A stretch of DNA of 27,632 nucleotides, taken from IMG/VR virus record IMGVR_UViG_3300020045_016671, positions 1 through 27,632 of that record; one strand, 5' to 3'. The first letter of the stretch is position 1. Each line of letters opens with the position of its first letter. The translations under genes were made by a program, and so were the position numbers. Shown piece by piece: positions 25,699 through 27,632 of the stretch. The stretch is from a virus (Duplodnaviria > Caudoviricetes). The notes under the pieces are model-generated. The model worked only from the letters and a program-made list of their open reading frames with translations, did not search any database and had not been told where the DNA came from.

Positions 25699-27295
25699 TA
25701 AACATGGCATTCTCCTTCGCCATGGCATCGAGTCTACCCTTCCGGACAGCATCGATCTGCTGCTGGACCCTCATCACCTTCGCCGGTACGCGGTTCGAAT
25801 CCGCCAGGATCCGCCCGGCCTCATCCAGGTCGAAGTTATCGAGGACATCACAGGCCACCTGGGCGCGAATCTGGAGATCGACCAGGCCCGACAGTTCAGC
25901 CATAAACTTCCTCAGACCGTCCTTGGCGAAGCGTTCCCTCTGTGCCTGGGCCAGCGGACCCATGTAGATAGGATCGAAGCGTAGAGCGCCATCCTCCCCC
26001 TTCCCGTAGGCATCAAATAGCTCCTGCGGAGGGGTAGGCATCAGCGATCTGGACCGCTGAGTCTCTATCCGGTATGTATCATCCAGGATCCCATCGAGAG
26101 CGGTATTGAAGGATCCCAACTCCGCTCCCAGGACCGCTGCCTTTTCCGCCATCAGTTCGGACACCTCATAGGCTGTCTTGGCACCACCCGTCATCTGAGA
26201 CAGGAGCAGGAACACGTCCAGGTGGAATCTCTTCTCGATCTGCCGCTGCTTGGCCTGTTCTCGATCGATCCCCACCGGGAAGTCCTTGCCGGTATTCACA
26301 GGAGTGATCCTATCTGAAGGATTCTCCATGTAGTTGAGCCCCCTTGGCTTCAGCTGGACCTTGCCCAGCAGATATGATGGGACATTGTATGCAGGGTCTA
26401 CCGCAAGCTGGGCCGCGCCCAGGAGCGTTTTTGCCATCAAGTTCAGTGACCGGATATCCGGCATCGCCAGGGTGGCCGGGCTCAGTCCGTATGGATCCTT
26501 CCCGGTCTTCAGATATCGCCATACCTGGTACGGGAAGGCGTCGAACCCACCCTCCTGGCAGATATGGTTTCCTGCCGTCATCAGATAGACCTCTGCGAAC
26601 TTCTTGCTCTTCCGGTCCATCTTCCGATCGTCATAATTGTCTCGCGGGAATACCGCGTGAATCAGTTCGAATTCCTCAAAGGGATTCACCCTCGCAGCAT
26701 TCCGTACAGTCTCAGGACAGCCTTCCTGGCCAAACATCTCGACCATCTGCTTCGCGGTAAGCTTCCGTTTACGATGAAGGACATCAACCTCACCATATTT
26801 ATTCTCAGCGATGAATATCTCTCCGGGATGTACAGCTTCATAGACCACCCTCTCCCTGGCGATATCGTCCATCGCAAAGATCGCTGCAGTCCCCAGCGTG
26901 ATCCCGTCGTATATGAACTTCCACATCTCGTCGTAGAAGTTGGACCGGAGCAGAGTCATGTACATTCTGAACTCTGTCCGGTCCAGCCAATCTCTGATCG
27001 GGGGAAGCTGGTTCGCCTCCTGGACGTTCACCTGGTACTTGAACCAGGCGAACGCCGGAGATACATGGTACCCATGGATGCCCGAAGTCGCATCGACTGC
27101 CGCATTGACTGCGGTCCCGTCGTAGATCTTCGTCCCCTTCTTCTCCCCCTTCTGCAGGACACCACGGATGTCATCTCGATGAGGAGACACATAGTCCGCG
27201 ACCTCCTGCATCCGGTCGGCGAAGTTCGTTTTATTGGTTTCCAGCTTCGACTGTCTGCTGGTTACCAAAGTCTTCAGTTGCTGGTTTTGCTCCAT
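25661..27295 (-). CDS. Head-tail connector (portal), T7 gp8/BPP-1 type; inverted and probably with a non-native C-terminus
   Basis: E.ADYV.P...IYDGTA...WF...SNFY...GT....YG.VD...YG.SPA..A.PDI.SL...TA.EV......LG...Y.GPLAQAQ...R..R motifs. Confidence 0.9.
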   Translation of the reverse strand: MEQNQQLKTLVTSRQSKLETNKTNFADRMQEVADYVSPHRDDIRGVLQKGEKKGTKIYDGTAVNAAVDATSGIHGYHVSPAFAWFKYQVNVQEANQLPPIRDWLDRTEFRMYMTLLRSNFYDEMWKFIYDGITLGTAAIFAMDDIARERVVYEAVHPGEIFIAENKYGEVDVLHRKRKLTAKQMVEMFGQEGCPETVRNAARVNPFEEFELIHAVFPRDNYDDRKMDRKSKKFAEVYLMTAGNHICQEGGFDAFPYQVWRYLKTGKDPYGLSPATLAMPDIRSLNLMAKTLLGAAQLAVDPAYNVPSYLLGKVQLKPRGLNYMENPSDRITPVNTGKDFPVGIDREQAKQRQIEKRFHLDVFLLLSQMTGGAKTAYEVSELMAEKAAVLGAELGSFNTALDGILDDTYRIETQRSRSLMPTPPQELFDAYGKGEDGALRFDPIYMGPLAQAQRERFAKDGLRKFMAELSGLVDLQIRAQVACDVLDNFDLDEAGRILADSNRVPAKVMRVQQQIDAVRKGRLDAMAKENAMFIRLYFDARTNQA

Positions 27296-27311
27296 GGGTA
27301 TCCCCTATGCT

Positions 27312-27632
27312 CTATGCCAATCCAAGCGTATGAACCGCGTAGGTGACGTAAACCGTGACAACAGAATCATCCGCCGCGTTCCCCCCGATTTCTCCATCGC
27401 CGGAGTTTTTAAGCATGAGCTTCTTCCCGTTGAACGACGCCGTGGCAGCACCAGCGATGAGCTTCGGCGCAACCACCGTCAAAGTGTCAGCGGTCGCGGT
27501 AAGGAATCCGCTGGAAGTAATCGCTGCGGAGGCATCGACACCGGATGTCTCGTACTCGATTACCAGGTCATCACTGGACTCAGTAAACGCGTTGCTTCCG
27601 TAATCCAGCACAAGAGTGGCACCGATGAACTG
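27312..27632 (-). CDS. Structural protein fragment (head fibre/decoration-like), 5' end beyond the window
   Basis: Frame is open to the edge (QFIGATLVLDYGS...VTVYVTYAVHTLGLA); Ala/Thr/Gly-rich beta pattern; upstream of the portal. Confidence 0.55.
   Translation of the reverse strand, partial: QFIGATLVLDYGSNAFTESSDDLVIEYETSGVDASAAITSSGFLTATADTLTVVAPKLIAGAATASFNGKKLMLKNSGDGEIGGNAADDSVVTVYVTYAVHTLGLA

Noticed and set aside
26564-27346. 260-aa plus-strand ORF that would preserve operon direction
   Set aside because: Antisense shadow; the minus frame carries clear portal motifs.
1-27632. Apparent abundance of TCCGGA, GGATCC and ATCGAT sites; possible tRNA or ncRNA genes
   Set aside because: Cannot be quantified without k-mer statistics; no cloverleaf or recognisable structured RNA was seen in the short intergenic gaps.

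Overview
This window is about 27.6 kb of a tailed dsDNA phage genome. It looks podovirus-like because of a T7/BPP-1-type head-tail connector (portal), a T7 gp17-like tail-fibre anchor and a giant internal virion protein. A lipoprotein in the lysis cassette suggests a diderm host. Left to right: (1) the 3' part of a giant polyvalent internal virion protein with an ART-PolyVal-like ADP-ribosyltransferase domain; (2) a tailspike that unexpectedly carries an N-terminal Sec-type signal peptide; (3) a lysis cassette (SleB-like endolysin, membrane proteins, lipoprotein); (4) a leftward early operon (ERF recombinase, YqaJ exonuclease, radical SAM, NinB/NinG-like genes and an AT-richer string of small translationally coupled genes); (5) divergent sigma70-like promoters and a Cro-like HTH gene with no CI or integrase visible; (6) a replication module (truncated initiator with 11-bp iterons, RepB-type primase, SF2 helicase, ASCH, SSB); (7) terminase genes and small virion genes; (8) a portal gene and an upstream structural gene lying inverted relative to the rest of the late operon. 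All protein family calls come from motif recognition by eye; no database searches were run.
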